From an uncultured Candidatus Saccharibacteria bacterium (GTDB lineage Bacteria > Patescibacteriota > Minisyncoccia > JAHIHE01), in contig CAZKGJ010000002.1 in NCBI GenBank assembly GCA_964552415.1, forward strand, positions 1-27,858: DNA of 27,858 nucleotides, given 5' to 3'. Positions 15,778 to 23,928 of the stretch are shown in pieces; the first letter of the stretch is position 1, and each line of letters begins with the position of its first letter. The notes below the pieces were generated by a model. The model was not told where the DNA came from. It was given only the letters and a program-made list of their open reading frames with translations, and did not search any database. Both the position numbers and the translations under genes were made by a program.

Positions 15778-15945
15778 AGGAGCGTAATTCAGTGGCAGAA
15801 TGACAGTCTTTCTACATGCCACAGCATAGGGCCTTGATGTCAATGGCAGCATGGCAGTCTCCAAAACTGCTCGTAGAGGTTCGAATCCTCTAGGCCCTGC
15901 AATGCGACGGGCAGGCAAAACCGGATACGGGGGTCAGTATCTTTT
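15778..15945 (+). pseudogene. Split, decayed tRNA-Trp-like shell interrupted at the anticodon
   Basis: 5' half AGGAGCG-TA-ATTC-AGTGGCA-GAAT-G-ACAGT-CT (15778-15809). 3' remnant CA-AA-ACCGG-ATAC-GGGGG-TCAGTAT-CTTTT from 15916. The 3' acceptor strand is not recognisable. Confidence 0.55.
15828..15899 (+). tRNA. tRNA-Trp(CCA), nested
   Basis: AGGGCCT/AGGCCCT acceptor, GCAGT-CT-CCA-AA-ACTGC anticodon arm, T arm AGAGG-TTCGAAT-CCTCT. Confidence 0.93.
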
Positions 15946-15960
15946 ATTATTGCAATAATA

Positions 15961-16680
15961 ATGATAAAAATGATAAAAAAAAACCCAAATCATATTGTGT
16001 TTATTATGGACGGCAACAGAAGATGGGCAGCAAGCCATCTTTTGGAATCTTATAATGGACACGAAAAAGGCGCGCTGGTTGTAAAAGAAATGATTAACGA
16101 GGCGGTAAATCTAAAAATTCACTGCTTTTCTTTCTGGGGTTCTTCACTAGACAATATTGTTAAACGTCCAAAGGCAGAAGTGGCATATCTGTTTAAACTG
16201 TTCAGGAAAAAATTTGACGAATTGGCAGAAGACAAAGAAATTCATAATAATCAGATAAAAGTAAACGTGCTGGGGAGGTGGAACGTTCTATTCCCCATTG
16301 AGACAAAAAGCGCGATTCAAAAGGCGATAGACGCAACCAAAAATTACGGCAAATTTTATTTAAACTTTTTGCTTGCTTACAGCGGTAAAGACGAAATGGA
16401 AAGCGCGATTAAGGACATAGTGGATCACGCAAGGGAAAACACTGATTTAAAAATAAATTCTTCTTTAATCAAAAACCATCTTTTTACCAAAGACCTGCCA
16501 CCGGTTGATTATCTCATCCGCACTGGCGGTAACCCCCACCTCTCAACAGGATTTATGATGTGGGATGTTGCCGACGCGCAGTTATATTTTTCCGAAAAGC
16601 TTTGGCCCGATTTCACCCGAGAAGATTTTAGAAAAGCGATTACTGATTACGGTAAGCGGAGAAGAAAATTCGGAGCATAG
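15961..16680 (+). CDS. uppS: Undecaprenyl diphosphate synthase (cis-prenyltransferase)
   Basis: HIVFIMDGNRRWA, YSGKDE, VDYLIRTGG and LWPDF motifs. Confidence 0.94.
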   Translation: MIKMIKKNPNHIVFIMDGNRRWAASHLLESYNGHEKGALVVKEMINEAVNLKIHCFSFWGSSLDNIVKRPKAEVAYLFKLFRKKFDELAEDKEIHNNQIKVNVLGRWNVLFPIETKSAIQKAIDATKNYGKFYLNFLLAYSGKDEMESAIKDIVDHARENTDLKINSSLIKNHLFTKDLPPVDYLIRTGGNPHLSTGFMMWDVADAQLYFSEKLWPDFTREDFRKAITDYGKRRRKFGA

Positions 16681-16746
16681 CGAACAAAAATCCCGATTTA
16701 ATTTTAAATACAAATTTATAAGTATTTATTTTTGTTTTTGCGGCAA

Positions 16747-17376
16747 ATGTTTAAAAAAGAGGCACTAATCAAAGAGCTTATTGATGAAGGCTATCTCAAG
16801 ACGCCTGCGATTGTAAGTGCTTTTAAAAAGATAGACAGGGCTGATTTCGTGCCGCAAAATTTAAAAGCTGAGTCCTATATCAATGAGCCGCTGCCCATAG
16901 GATTTGGACAAACAATTTCTCAACCGCTTACGGTTGCTTTTATGTTGGAACTGCTGAAACCAGAACTCGGGCAAAAGATTTTAGATATTGGTTCCGGCTC
17001 CGGATGGCAAACCGCTCTTTTGGCGCAGATTGTTGGCAAAAAAGGCAAGGTGTTCGGCGTAGAGATAATTCCGGAGCTTAAAGAGTTTGGTGAAAAAAAT
17101 GTCGCAAAATACGATTTTACTAAATCAGGAATTGCGAAAATAATTTTGTCCAACGGTTCTGTCGGACTGCAGAGTGAAGCGCAGTTTGACGGAATTATTT
17201 CTGGAGCAATGGCGGAAAAAATTCCGGAAGCGTTGCGCAGCCAGCTGAAAATCGGAGGAAAGATGGTGATTCCCTGCCGCGGAAGCGTCTGGCTGGTAAT
17301 CAAAAAAGCGGAAAACGAATTTGAGGAGTATGAATATCCTGGATTTGCCTTTGTGCCGCTGGTGACTAAAAAATAA
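16747..17376 (+). CDS. pcm: Protein-L-isoaspartate O-methyltransferase
   Basis: IDRADFVP, PLPIGFGQTISQP, LDIGSGSGWQTA and FAFVPL motifs. Confidence 0.94.
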   Translation: MFKKEALIKELIDEGYLKTPAIVSAFKKIDRADFVPQNLKAESYINEPLPIGFGQTISQPLTVAFMLELLKPELGQKILDIGSGSGWQTALLAQIVGKKGKVFGVEIIPELKEFGEKNVAKYDFTKSGIAKIILSNGSVGLQSEAQFDGIISGAMAEKIPEALRSQLKIGGKMVIPCRGSVWLVIKKAENEFEEYEYPGFAFVPLVTKK

Positions 17377-17433
17377 ACCCAACTCCGCTGAATCTGCCGT
17401 TTTTTATTTTTAGTTTTCAGTTTTTAATTTATT

Positions 17434-18465
17434 ATGTTATCTGTTCAAAAACTTGTCTTATACATTTCTATACCATTGATTATCTTGACCGCGACTTTAG
17501 GCGCTTATTTTTATATCCAGACACAAGTTGAAAAACCGGCAGATTTAGCAGGTTTTTATAAAAATTTTAGAATTTCTTTCGGAGAAGGAACCGAAAAGAT
17601 AGCAGAGAATCTGGTTTACAACGGCTTTATCAAAAACGCTTTTTATTTTAAATTCTATATTTGGGAGAAAAATCTAACGGCGTCAATCAAGGCAGGGGAA
17701 TATTATCTTTCTTCGGCAATGAGCATCGGTCAGATAGCCGAAATTATAACCAGCGGAAAAACGGTCGGCCAGGAAACTACCGTATTGATCCCCGAGGGGC
17801 TTACAAGCGCGGAAAGCGAAAAAATATTGACTGATGCGAACCTAATTAAAAACGGCGAGTTTACCGACGCGATAAAAAAAGAAAACATGAGAAAATATCC
17901 CAACTACGAATTTTTGGCTGACAAACCAAAAAATGCCGGTCTTGAGGGCTATCTTTTTCCCGATACATATCGCTTCTTTAAAGACGCGAAAGCCGAGGAA
18001 ATTGTAAAAAAAATGCTTGAAAATTTTGATAAAAAATTTGATAAGGAAATGCGGTTGGAGACGGCAAAGCAAAATGAAACAATTTTTGAGATTTTAACAC
18101 TCGCCTCAATTATTCAGGAAGAAGTTTTCGGTTTCAATGATATGAAAACTGTTGCCGGCATTTTTAAAAACCGTATTTCAGCCGGTATGGCTTTGGAAGC
18201 CGACTCTACAATAAATTTTATTACCGGTAAAAAAATACCGCAGGTGTCCTCAGATGACTTAAAAATTGATTCGGCGTACAATACTTATAAATATGCCGGT
18301 TTGCCGCCCGGGCCGATATCAAATCCCGGCCTTGATGCGATAAAAGCCGCGATTTGGCCAGAAAAAACTCCATATTGGTATTTTTTAACCACGCAGGACG
18401 GCAAAGTCATTTACAGTAAAACATACGAGGAACACTTGAAAAATAAGGCGAGATATTTGAAGTAA
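17434..18465 (+). CDS. mltG: Endolytic transglycosylase MltG
   Basis: N-terminal TM segment; IPEGLT, LEGYLFPDTY, LASIIQEE, YNTYKYAGLPPGPISNPG. Confidence 0.94.
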   Translation: MLSVQKLVLYISIPLIILTATLGAYFYIQTQVEKPADLAGFYKNFRISFGEGTEKIAENLVYNGFIKNAFYFKFYIWEKNLTASIKAGEYYLSSAMSIGQIAEIITSGKTVGQETTVLIPEGLTSAESEKILTDANLIKNGEFTDAIKKENMRKYPNYEFLADKPKNAGLEGYLFPDTYRFFKDAKAEEIVKKMLENFDKKFDKEMRLETAKQNETIFEILTLASIIQEEVFGFNDMKTVAGIFKNRISAGMALEADSTINFITGKKIPQVSSDDLKIDSAYNTYKYAGLPPGPISNPGLDAIKAAIWPEKTPYWYFLTTQDGKVIYSKTYEEHLKNKARYLK

Positions 18466-18493
18466 TACCCTGTTTTGCCAAAAAAAGAAAAAG

Positions 18494-18522
18494 TTGCAAA
18501 AAATATTAAAAATACCTATATT
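18494..18522 (+). promoter_or_regulatory. Putative sigma70 promoter at the start of the accessory region
   Basis: TTGCAA (18494-18499), 17 nt, TATATT (18517-18522). Confidence 0.5.
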
Positions 18523-18584
18523 ATTAAGATAGCTATATATAAAATGAGGGCTTATATTATTAATAAGGGTAAAATTTCAAACTT

Positions 18585-19043
18585 ATGAATGTTCAAAAGC
18601 TATATCAAAAACTGGACCAAGATTTTGAACTGGAAAGACTGAAAGACGATTGGAAAGAAATGGATTTTAACGAATATATCAGCGAGAACTTTAAAAAGCG
18701 CTATATGGGTTTAGTTTTGGATAATTCCGAAGAAATATTCAAAGTCTATACCGCCGTTTTTCCAAGTGATGAAGTTTTGCAAAAAATTCTGAATTTTAAG
18801 GAAAAAGATATTTTGCTTTTTACCCATCACCCGATGGACTGGAATATTATGGGTAAAGAAATTTTTAAAAACATACCAAGAAATTTCCTCCAAAAACTTA
18901 AAGAAAACAAGATAAATATTATCGGAGCCACCCATTATTCTACGGAGAAATTTGCTTGTATGGCAATGCTTGATTATTTTAAACAAACCGGCCTTCCGGC
19001 AGAATTTATCGAAGGCAATCCGGATTTAAACGATTTGGAATAA
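18585..19043 (+). CDS. Nif3/YbgI-like protein, apparently internally deleted
   Basis: Has the N-terminal LLFTHHP and C-terminal GATHYSTEK motifs but is only 152 aa, lacking the central region. Confidence 0.6.
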   Translation: MNVQKLYQKLDQDFELERLKDDWKEMDFNEYISENFKKRYMGLVLDNSEEIFKVYTAVFPSDEVLQKILNFKEKDILLFTHHPMDWNIMGKEIFKNIPRNFLQKLKENKINIIGATHYSTEKFACMAMLDYFKQTGLPAEFIEGNPDLNDLE

Positions 19044-19046
19044 ATT

Positions 19047-19499
19047 ATGGTGAAAATAAGAAAAATAAAATTATCGGATTTAGCCAAATGCGCCGAAATT
19101 TTGGAAAAATCCTATGGCAAGCCGCCTTACAACGAAAAATTCCCTGGAGGCGTCGCCTTTGATTATGTGAAAGGAAAATTTGATTATTGCAAAGAGCACA
19201 GTTTTGTAATTGAAGAGGATAAAGAAGTAATAGGTTTTGTTTTTATTAACTTATCTTACTGGACTTTCGGCAAGCAGGCTATAATCGAAGAAATCGTGAT
19301 CTATGAAATCAGGCAAAGGAAAGGCTATGGAAAAAAACTGATGGAATACGCTGAAAATTATCTTAAAAATTTAGGTGTGAAATCACTGATGCTGTGGGGG
19401 AGAAAAGATGCTAATGCTTATAATTTTCATCTTAAAAACGGATTCATAGAAGACGAAAATATGGCAGTTATGTTCAAGAATTTTAGTAAGCAATTATGA
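19047..19499 (+). CDS. GNAT family N-acetyltransferase
   Basis: Acetyl-CoA motif IEEIVIYEIRQRKGYGKKLM, plus AYNFHLKNGF. Confidence 0.88.
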   Translation: MVKIRKIKLSDLAKCAEILEKSYGKPPYNEKFPGGVAFDYVKGKFDYCKEHSFVIEEDKEVIGFVFINLSYWTFGKQAIIEEIVIYEIRQRKGYGKKLMEYAENYLKNLGVKSLMLWGRKDANAYNFHLKNGFIEDENMAVMFKNFSKQL

Positions 19500-20350
19500 G
19501 AATCTTATTAACTGGAAAACCAGGAGTCGGAAAAAGCACTGTTCTTAAAAAAGTTGCCGATGGTTTTAAATTGCCGAAATATGGAATAATGGCAAGAGAA
19601 ATAAGAGATGTACGAGATCAAAGAATAGGGTTTGAAGCTGTAACGCTTGACGGTAAAAGCTGTATGTTTACGCATAAATCTGCCCTTAAAACCGAATTTA
19701 CCGTCGGGAAGTATTATGTGGACGTTAAAGCTATTAATGAGTTTGTTGTCCCAGAATTAAGAAAAGGTTTAAGTAACGATAAAGCCATTATTTTAATCGA
19801 TGAAATAGGGAGAATGCAATCGTTTTCAACCGAATTTTTGAATGCTGTAAGAGATTTATTTTTAAGCAAATCAAACCTGCTGGCAACGATAGTTTTTGAG
19901 GACGAACCGTGGAGCCTGGAATTTAAAAATCATCCAAGCATAATACTTATTGAAGTTAATATCAAGAATCGCGAATATCTGGTTGAAATATTAGAGGCCA
20001 TTTTTTCTAATATGGGAGCTTATGGCAAGTTAAATCCGCAGCAACAAGAATTTGTAAATGGAAAATTAAGAGAATTTGTCTCTCAAAATAAATTCATTCA
20101 GGCAAAAAAGCTTTTTAAAAATGCCATAGTATATGTTGCCGAAAAAAGAATAAAAAAGATTCTTGATAATAGCGAATTAATCGAGTATTCGGTAAGTGGT
20201 AAAGACAACAAACACAAAGTTATATTTTATAAAATAACGAATAAATATAAGTGCGATTGTGATCTATTCAGTGGAAAAGGTGAATTTAAGAGAAATGCTG
20301 GTGAATGTTCGCATATTATGGCGGTAAAAATATTGAACATTAAACAGTAG
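19496..20350 (+). CDS. THEP1/NTPase_1-type P-loop NTPase fused to a C-terminal SWIM-like Zn finger
   Basis: Walker A ILLTGKPGVGKST, VGKYYVD and IILIDEIGRMQ; C-terminal CDC-x15-CSH. Confidence 0.8.
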   Translation: MRILLTGKPGVGKSTVLKKVADGFKLPKYGIMAREIRDVRDQRIGFEAVTLDGKSCMFTHKSALKTEFTVGKYYVDVKAINEFVVPELRKGLSNDKAIILIDEIGRMQSFSTEFLNAVRDLFLSKSNLLATIVFEDEPWSLEFKNHPSIILIEVNIKNREYLVEILEAIFSNMGAYGKLNPQQQEFVNGKLREFVSQNKFIQAKKLFKNAIVYVAEKRIKKILDNSELIEYSVSGKDNKHKVIFYKITNKYKCDCDLFSGKGEFKRNAGECSHIMAVKILNIKQ

Positions 20351-20362
20351 AGTTAAAAAAAA

Positions 20363-20391
20363 TTGACATTATTATCAAGATATTATATAGT
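20363..20391 (+). promoter_or_regulatory. sigma70 promoter for the kamA-ligase unit
   Basis: TTGACA (20363-20368), 17 nt, TATAGT (20386-20391). The leader has the hairpin gttctatt/aatagaac (20401-20421) and SD AAGGAGG (20446-20452). Confidence 0.7.
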
Positions 20392-20460
20392 TTAAATACG
20401 GTTCTATTGGGAAAATAGAACTTGTTCATTATATAGACGATTATAAAGGAGGAAAAAACA

Positions 20461-21444
20461 ATGAAGAAAAGGCTAGAAACTGTACAAATGAGAGAAAAAG
20501 TTACTCCTCATATTAATAGACTGATTGAGAGCGGTAATCAAGCTATTAAGCTACAATTCAAACAATCTTCCGAGGATTGTCCGGTCCCACTATTGTTCTC
20601 TGATGATGATCCTTTAGGAGAAGAATCCAATTATTCGCCAATAAAAGGAATTATCCATAAGTTCACGAACCGTGTTCTTTGGAAAGTTTCATATAGATGC
20701 GCCGCTCATTGCCAGTTCTGTACAAGGAGGCGGCAGATAGGCAACAAAGACGGAGATCTGACAGTGGAAGACATAAAGTGTGGATTAGAGTATCTCGCTA
20801 TGCATTCGGAAGTAGATGATGTAATTTTGAGTGGCGGAGATCCTTTTTATACTCCGAAAATAACTTTGCGGATCATAGAAGGACTTATTCGGATACAATC
20901 CGTTAAGGTTATTCGTATCGGAACGCGATTACCGATTCACGCTCCGAAGAGTTTAGAAAATCCGCTTCAGAAAAAATTACTGAAGAAACTGTCCACTATT
21001 GCCAAAAAACGACCGCTGTTTATACTTTTGCATATTGAGCATCCAGATGAATTAACAATAGAGACTGTTAAGGCGATAAATCTTTTAAAAAGAACAGGAG
21101 CGATATTGCTTTCGCAAACCGTATTTTTAAAAAACATCAATGATGATAAAAATATTCTCGAGAAACTTTTTATCTCCCTTTACCATCTCGGTGTTATGCC
21201 TTATTACATCTACAGATGCGATTATGTTCAAGGGCTTGAGCGATTTGTCTGCTCAATTGAAAAGGAACAGCAGATAATGACAGATCTGCGACGATGCCTT
21301 TCTGGAATTGCCGTGCCAACATACATTGTCGATGTCCCGGGTACAGGAAAGATTCCGGTTCCATTGGCTTTTTGGGAAGGAGTAGATCTTTCAAAATGTA
21401 CTGATTTCAACAACAGAACCATCGTTATAAAGGAAACCGATTGA
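20461..21444 (+). CDS. KamA-family radical SAM aminomutase (lysine 2,3-aminomutase-like)
   Basis: DPLGEE..SPIKGIIHKFTNRVL, CAAHCQFC (CxxxCxxC), VILSGGDP, IRIGTRLP, SQTVFLKNIND, GVMPYY and PTYIVDVPGTGKIP (PLP lysine region). Confidence 0.88.
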   Translation: MKKRLETVQMREKVTPHINRLIESGNQAIKLQFKQSSEDCPVPLLFSDDDPLGEESNYSPIKGIIHKFTNRVLWKVSYRCAAHCQFCTRRRQIGNKDGDLTVEDIKCGLEYLAMHSEVDDVILSGGDPFYTPKITLRIIEGLIRIQSVKVIRIGTRLPIHAPKSLENPLQKKLLKKLSTIAKKRPLFILLHIEHPDELTIETVKAINLLKRTGAILLSQTVFLKNINDDKNILEKLFISLYHLGVMPYYIYRCDYVQGLERFVCSIEKEQQIMTDLRRCLSGIAVPTYIVDVPGTGKIPVPLAFWEGVDLSKCTDFNNRTIVIKETD

Positions 21445-21462
21445 TATGAGGAGGTAGAAAAA

Positions 21463-22467
21463 GTGAGAATCACAATTCTCTATAATATTGCAGAATATGA
21501 TAGAAAAGGAATACCATCAGATTTGATTTGCGAACAGGAGATTTTGATAATAGTTCCGCTCGTAGCTGATATACTTCGCAAAAAAGGACACAAAGTGGAA
21601 ACGCTAAAAGCAAGCTATAATCTCTGGAACGAGCTTAGGGAAAGAAAGGGTAAAACTGATATTGTTTTCAATTTAGCCGAGGCATTCGGAGGAGAAAATG
21701 CAAACGAAACTCTTGTGCCGGCCATGCTTGAAGCACTGGATATTCCGTTTACAGGCGCGTCGTCGCATAATATGTATTTCACCTTGGATAAAGAGAAAAC
21801 AAAAATTCTTCTCGCTGACTACGGAATTCCTATTGCGCCGCATCAAGTATTCCGCCATGGCGGCGAAAAACTGAAATCATGTTTGTCTTTTCCCCTGATT
21901 GTAAAACCTATCAGAGAAGAAGCAAGTATAGGAATCCATCAAGATAGCGTCGTTCTGAACGAACAAGAACTGAAGCGTAAAATTAGAGACACCCTCGAAA
22001 GATATCGGCAACCGGCACTAGTTGAACGATTCATTATCGGAAGAGAGGTTTCGGTCGGCATAATCGGCAATGCGCCGGACTTGCACGCGTTCTCGCCCCT
22101 TGAGTTCTTGTTTAAGGAAGCAAAATCTCCTTATGAAGAAATTCGTTCGTACGAATACAAGTGGGGAGGGAAAAAAGAACAGATGGTTAAGGCAAGTCTT
22201 TCCTACGAAGTCAAGCAAAAACTTGCTGAATATACGCGTCTGGCTTTCGTTGCTACGGAGTGTCGCGATTATGCGCGTATGGATTATCGGATTGATACCG
22301 AGGGTAATATTTATCTTCTGGAAGTAAACTATAATCCCGGCATAGGCCCTAATACGCACGGACTCAACAATACGGTAACCATGATGGCCAGCTTTGAAGG
22401 GTGCACGTTTTCTGATTTAATCGGAAAAATCGTGCAGATATCGGCAAAAAGATACGGTATTTCATAA
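21463..22467 (+). CDS. D-Ala-D-Ala ligase-like ATP-grasp enzyme
   Basis: VFNLAEAFGG, LDIPFTGAS, LDKEKTK, PLIVKPIREEASIGI, CRDYARMDYR and LEVNYNPG. SD GAGGAGGT before GTG. Confidence 0.88.
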   Translation: MRITILYNIAEYDRKGIPSDLICEQEILIIVPLVADILRKKGHKVETLKASYNLWNELRERKGKTDIVFNLAEAFGGENANETLVPAMLEALDIPFTGASSHNMYFTLDKEKTKILLADYGIPIAPHQVFRHGGEKLKSCLSFPLIVKPIREEASIGIHQDSVVLNEQELKRKIRDTLERYRQPALVERFIIGREVSVGIIGNAPDLHAFSPLEFLFKEAKSPYEEIRSYEYKWGGKKEQMVKASLSYEVKQKLAEYTRLAFVATECRDYARMDYRIDTEGNIYLLEVNYNPGIGPNTHGLNNTVTMMASFEGCTFSDLIGKIVQISAKRYGIS

Positions 22468-22473
22468 AAATTT

Positions 22474-22509
22474 AACAGGCGTTTATCACTTATAAGCGCC
22501 CTGTTTTTT
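22474..22509 (+). terminator. Intrinsic terminator after the Ddl-like gene
   Basis: aacaggcgtttat/ataagcgccctgtt stem (one bulge, one G-U) with a cactt loop, ending in a T6 tract. Confidence 0.7.
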
Positions 22510-22531
22510 AAAAACTAATTAGTTTATCAAT

Positions 22532-23920
22532 ATGGCGAATAAAAAGAACAATTATAAGCATATTATTTTCGCAAACGTTGCCGAAGCTTTTAAAAATGTT
22601 TTGGATAAAGTTACAAATAAAAAAGAGAAAAAGGAAAGAATTAATCTTGAACATAATCTTTGCCATAGATCTCTTTTTTGGGAAAAAGACGACAAAGTAG
22701 TTATAACTCCCTTTGCAATACCACCGGCATTCATAGATCAGAATTGCCATATCATGGATTTTAAGAATGTAAAAAATTTATTTCCGCGCAAAATTGATAG
22801 TATAAGTTTATCGGATGCTATACTAAAGGATAAATATTTACTACAAACTATTATCCAATTCATTAAGAATAATCCGGGAATCAATCTTTCTCCCTATGCA
22901 GTCACTCCTGATTTTTTGAAATTACTGGAAGTTTTTAGAAAAGGAAAAATGATTTTTCGAACAAATGAAGTGCCGCTGGCATATTCAAGATGGATTGTTT
23001 CTTATCTGGATTCGAAAGTTGGCTTTCGCGAAGAAGTTCTTAAACTGCGAAATAAGAAAATAAATATTCCGGAAGGTTTTGTTTGCGAAAAGAAAGAAGA
23101 AGCAAAAAAAGCGGCTATTTGGTTTTATATGCATAATCGTTCTTGCATAATTAAAGCAAACCATGGAGAATCGGGATGGGGATTAATCCCGCTAAAAAAG
23201 AAAAATTTTATTTCGGTATCAAGTTTGGAAAAAGAAATTGAAAACAATCTTTTCAATGATTCGATTTGGAAAAACGAATTTATTGTAGTGGAAGAATTTA
23301 TTGAACCTAACCTAAAAATAGGAGGCGGCTCGCCTTCAGCGGAGTTACTTTTAACCGATAAAGGCCCAAGATTAACTTATATCTGCGGGCAAATAGTCGG
23401 GGAAGGCGGAAATTTTTTGGGAGTTATTATGGGCAAAAAATTAATGGGTGATCAAATTAACGCAAAGCTTACTTATTCAAGCTATGCCATAGGAGAAAAA
23501 TACTGGAAATTGGGCTATCGAGGATTTTTTGATATAGATTTCGTTATTTCCCGAAATGGGGAGCCTTATGCTACAGAGACTAATGCAAGAAGAACCGGCG
23601 GTACTCATATTTTCGATATAGCAAGAAGGGTTTTCGGCTCGAATTGGGATAGAGATGCTTACCTTTTCTCACAGGATTCGTTTAAATATGCCGGAAAAAA
23701 TTTGCCAACAGGTATTTTGATCGAAAAAATGAAGCAAATTTTATTTCCCGTGCAAAACAGACAAAAAGGTGTTATTATGACACTGGTTAATCAGCAATTG
23801 CCAATATTTGGTTTTGCTATAGTTGCCCCGACTTTATTAGAAATAAAAAATTTGTATACGGAACTTTGCAAAACATGGCAGGTAAAGCACGATAATTTTA
23901 TAATACCGACTAATAATTAA
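22532..23920 (+). CDS. ATP-grasp peptide ligase (PGM1-related / preATP-grasp type)
   Basis: IIKANHGESGWG, VVEEFIE, GGGSPSAE, GYRGFFDIDF and ETNARRTGGTH motifs; 462 aa. Confidence 0.75.
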   Translation: MANKKNNYKHIIFANVAEAFKNVLDKVTNKKEKKERINLEHNLCHRSLFWEKDDKVVITPFAIPPAFIDQNCHIMDFKNVKNLFPRKIDSISLSDAILKDKYLLQTIIQFIKNNPGINLSPYAVTPDFLKLLEVFRKGKMIFRTNEVPLAYSRWIVSYLDSKVGFREEVLKLRNKKINIPEGFVCEKKEEAKKAAIWFYMHNRSCIIKANHGESGWGLIPLKKKNFISVSSLEKEIENNLFNDSIWKNEFIVVEEFIEPNLKIGGGSPSAELLLTDKGPRLTYICGQIVGEGGNFLGVIMGKKLMGDQINAKLTYSSYAIGEKYWKLGYRGFFDIDFVISRNGEPYATETNARRTGGTHIFDIARRVFGSNWDRDAYLFSQDSFKYAGKNLPTGILIEKMKQILFPVQNRQKGVIMTLVNQQLPIFGFAIVAPTLLEIKNLYTELCKTWQVKHDNFIIPTNN

Positions 23921-23928
23921 AATGAATC

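Noticed and set aside
20461-21444. EF-P beta-lysylation protein EpmB
   Set aside because: No epmA or efp in the window; the operon partner is an ATP-grasp ligase. Left as KamA family without a symbol.
21463-22467. Housekeeping ddl or vancomycin-resistance ligase
   Set aside because: Not in a mur/van context and lacks the typical N-terminal GGxSxE motif; matches the KamA-associated subtype.
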